NCBI GenBank assembly: GCA_047651235.1
Contig: CP178758.1
Coordinates: 2,910,001 to 2,942,000 of the forward strand
DNA length: 32,000 nt
DNA from: Candidatus Electrothrix yaqonensis
Lineage (GTDB): Bacteria > Desulfobacterota > Desulfobulbia > Desulfobulbales > Desulfobulbaceae
Direction of reading: 5' to 3'
In this document: one piece after another, positions 31,327 to 32,000 of the stretch
How the letters are laid out: every line of letters begins with the position of its first letter
Numbering within the stretch: the first letter of the stretch is position 1
Translations under genes and position numbers: made by a program
The notes under the pieces: generated by a model
What the model saw: the letters and a program-made list of their open reading frames with translations, nothing else
Told to the model about the DNA's origin: nothing
The model's database searches: none

Positions 31327-31956
31327 CTACTGGCCATCAAAATAGAGATTACCGTCAACATCCACCTTAGTCAGCCAGTCGGCAATGGCGGTATCATAGG
31401 CTGATGTCAGCTGAAACACCTTGACCGCCAGTCTAAACCGGGTCTTCAGGGTAGTATTGCCGGTTGCTCTGATCTCGGCAAGCACCTGGTCATAATCAGC
31501 AGGATCAACAATAACGGTTACATCCCGGAAATTTTTTGCCGAGGCCCGGAGCAGAGTGGGGCCACCGATATCGATATTTTCGATAGCGTCCGCCAGGCTG
31601 CAGTTCGGGTCAGCCACGGTCTTTTCAAAGGCATAGAGATTGACCGCCACGATATCAATAGGTTTGATCCCGTGCTCGGCGCATTGCTGCTGATGATCGG
31701 CGTTTTCCCGCTGATTGAGGATACCGCCGTGCACCAGAGGGTGCAGGGTCTTGACCCGGCCGTCAAGCATTTCCGGAAACCCGGTGAACTCGGACACATC
31801 GGTCACGGCAATGCCGTTGTCGCGCATTTTCTTGGCGGTTCCGCCGGTTGATAGAATTTCAACGCCCAACTCTGTCAATGCTCTGGCAAAGTCTTCAATA
31901 CCGGATTTATCGGTCAGACTGATTAATGCCCGCTCTACCTTATTCACTATTATCAC
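31327..31956 (-). CDS. purH: stand-alone IMP cyclohydrolase (MGS-like N-terminal domain of PurH) without the AICAR formyltransferase domain
   Basis: 209 aa. [19 protein letters not shown] and [15 protein letters not shown] match the PurH N-terminal domain. The ORF stops right after the domain linker, 29 nt before purN. The likely true start is GTG 31947 (AAGGTGA SD). Confidence 0.85.
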   Translation of the reverse strand: MIIVNKVERALISLTDKSGIEDFARALTELGVEILSTGGTAKKMRDNGIAVTDVSEFTGFPEMLDGRVKTLHPLVHGGILNQRENADHQQQCAEHGIKPIDIVAVNLYAFEKTVADPNCSLADAIENIDIGGPTLLRASAKNFRDVTVIVDPADYDQVLAEIRATGNTTLKTRFRLAVKVFQLTSAYDTAIADWLTKVDVDGNLYFDGQ

Positions 31957-32000
31957 CTTATCTCATGTTCTTGAATCATATATACCTTCCGGAACGTTTC

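Overview
The window reads as ordinary chromosomal DNA of a roughly 50% GC bacterium. Gene content (futalosine-pathway mqnB, nikR, DUF4388 and PilZ signalling proteins, an ole-like pair) suggests a Desulfobacterota/Desulfobulbales-like organism, but that is inference only. I recognised no rRNA, tRNA, CRISPR array, transposase, integrase or prophage genes. About 33 CDSs are supported. On the + strand, 121-8553 holds a NitT/TauT-type ABC transporter (permease, ATPase, binding protein), a PilZ protein, a HAMP-only membrane protein, a TauE/SafE exporter, a DUF4388-REC-CheB-like regulator, a BepA-like M48/TPR protease, nikR and a His-rich PPC/DUF296 protein. Next come pgm and a membrane protein (-), then a 1202-aa AsmA-like protein coupled to crcB, an oleA/oleB-like pair, an SF2 helicase (-), a secreted hypothetical, a HIT protein, a second PilZ and queA (-). 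A 701-aa secreted repeat protein (-) is preceded by a possible small signal-peptide ORF. The window ends with mqnB and a minus-strand block of GAF-like histidine kinase, TPR protein, ribE, ribBA, pyrR, purN and a stand-alone IMP cyclohydrolase domain. The candidates most worth follow-up are: (1) the small ORF plus the 701-aa triple-repeat, Cys-pair, Q/N-rich exported protein; (2) the transporter/PilZ/HAMP/TauE operon ending in a response regulator whose CheB-like domain appears to lack its catalytic triad; (3) oleA/oleB-like genes without oleC/oleD; (4) orphan terminator-like hairpins, a possible sRNA, upstream of the AsmA-like/crcB pair. All family calls are by-eye motif recognition; no database search was run.
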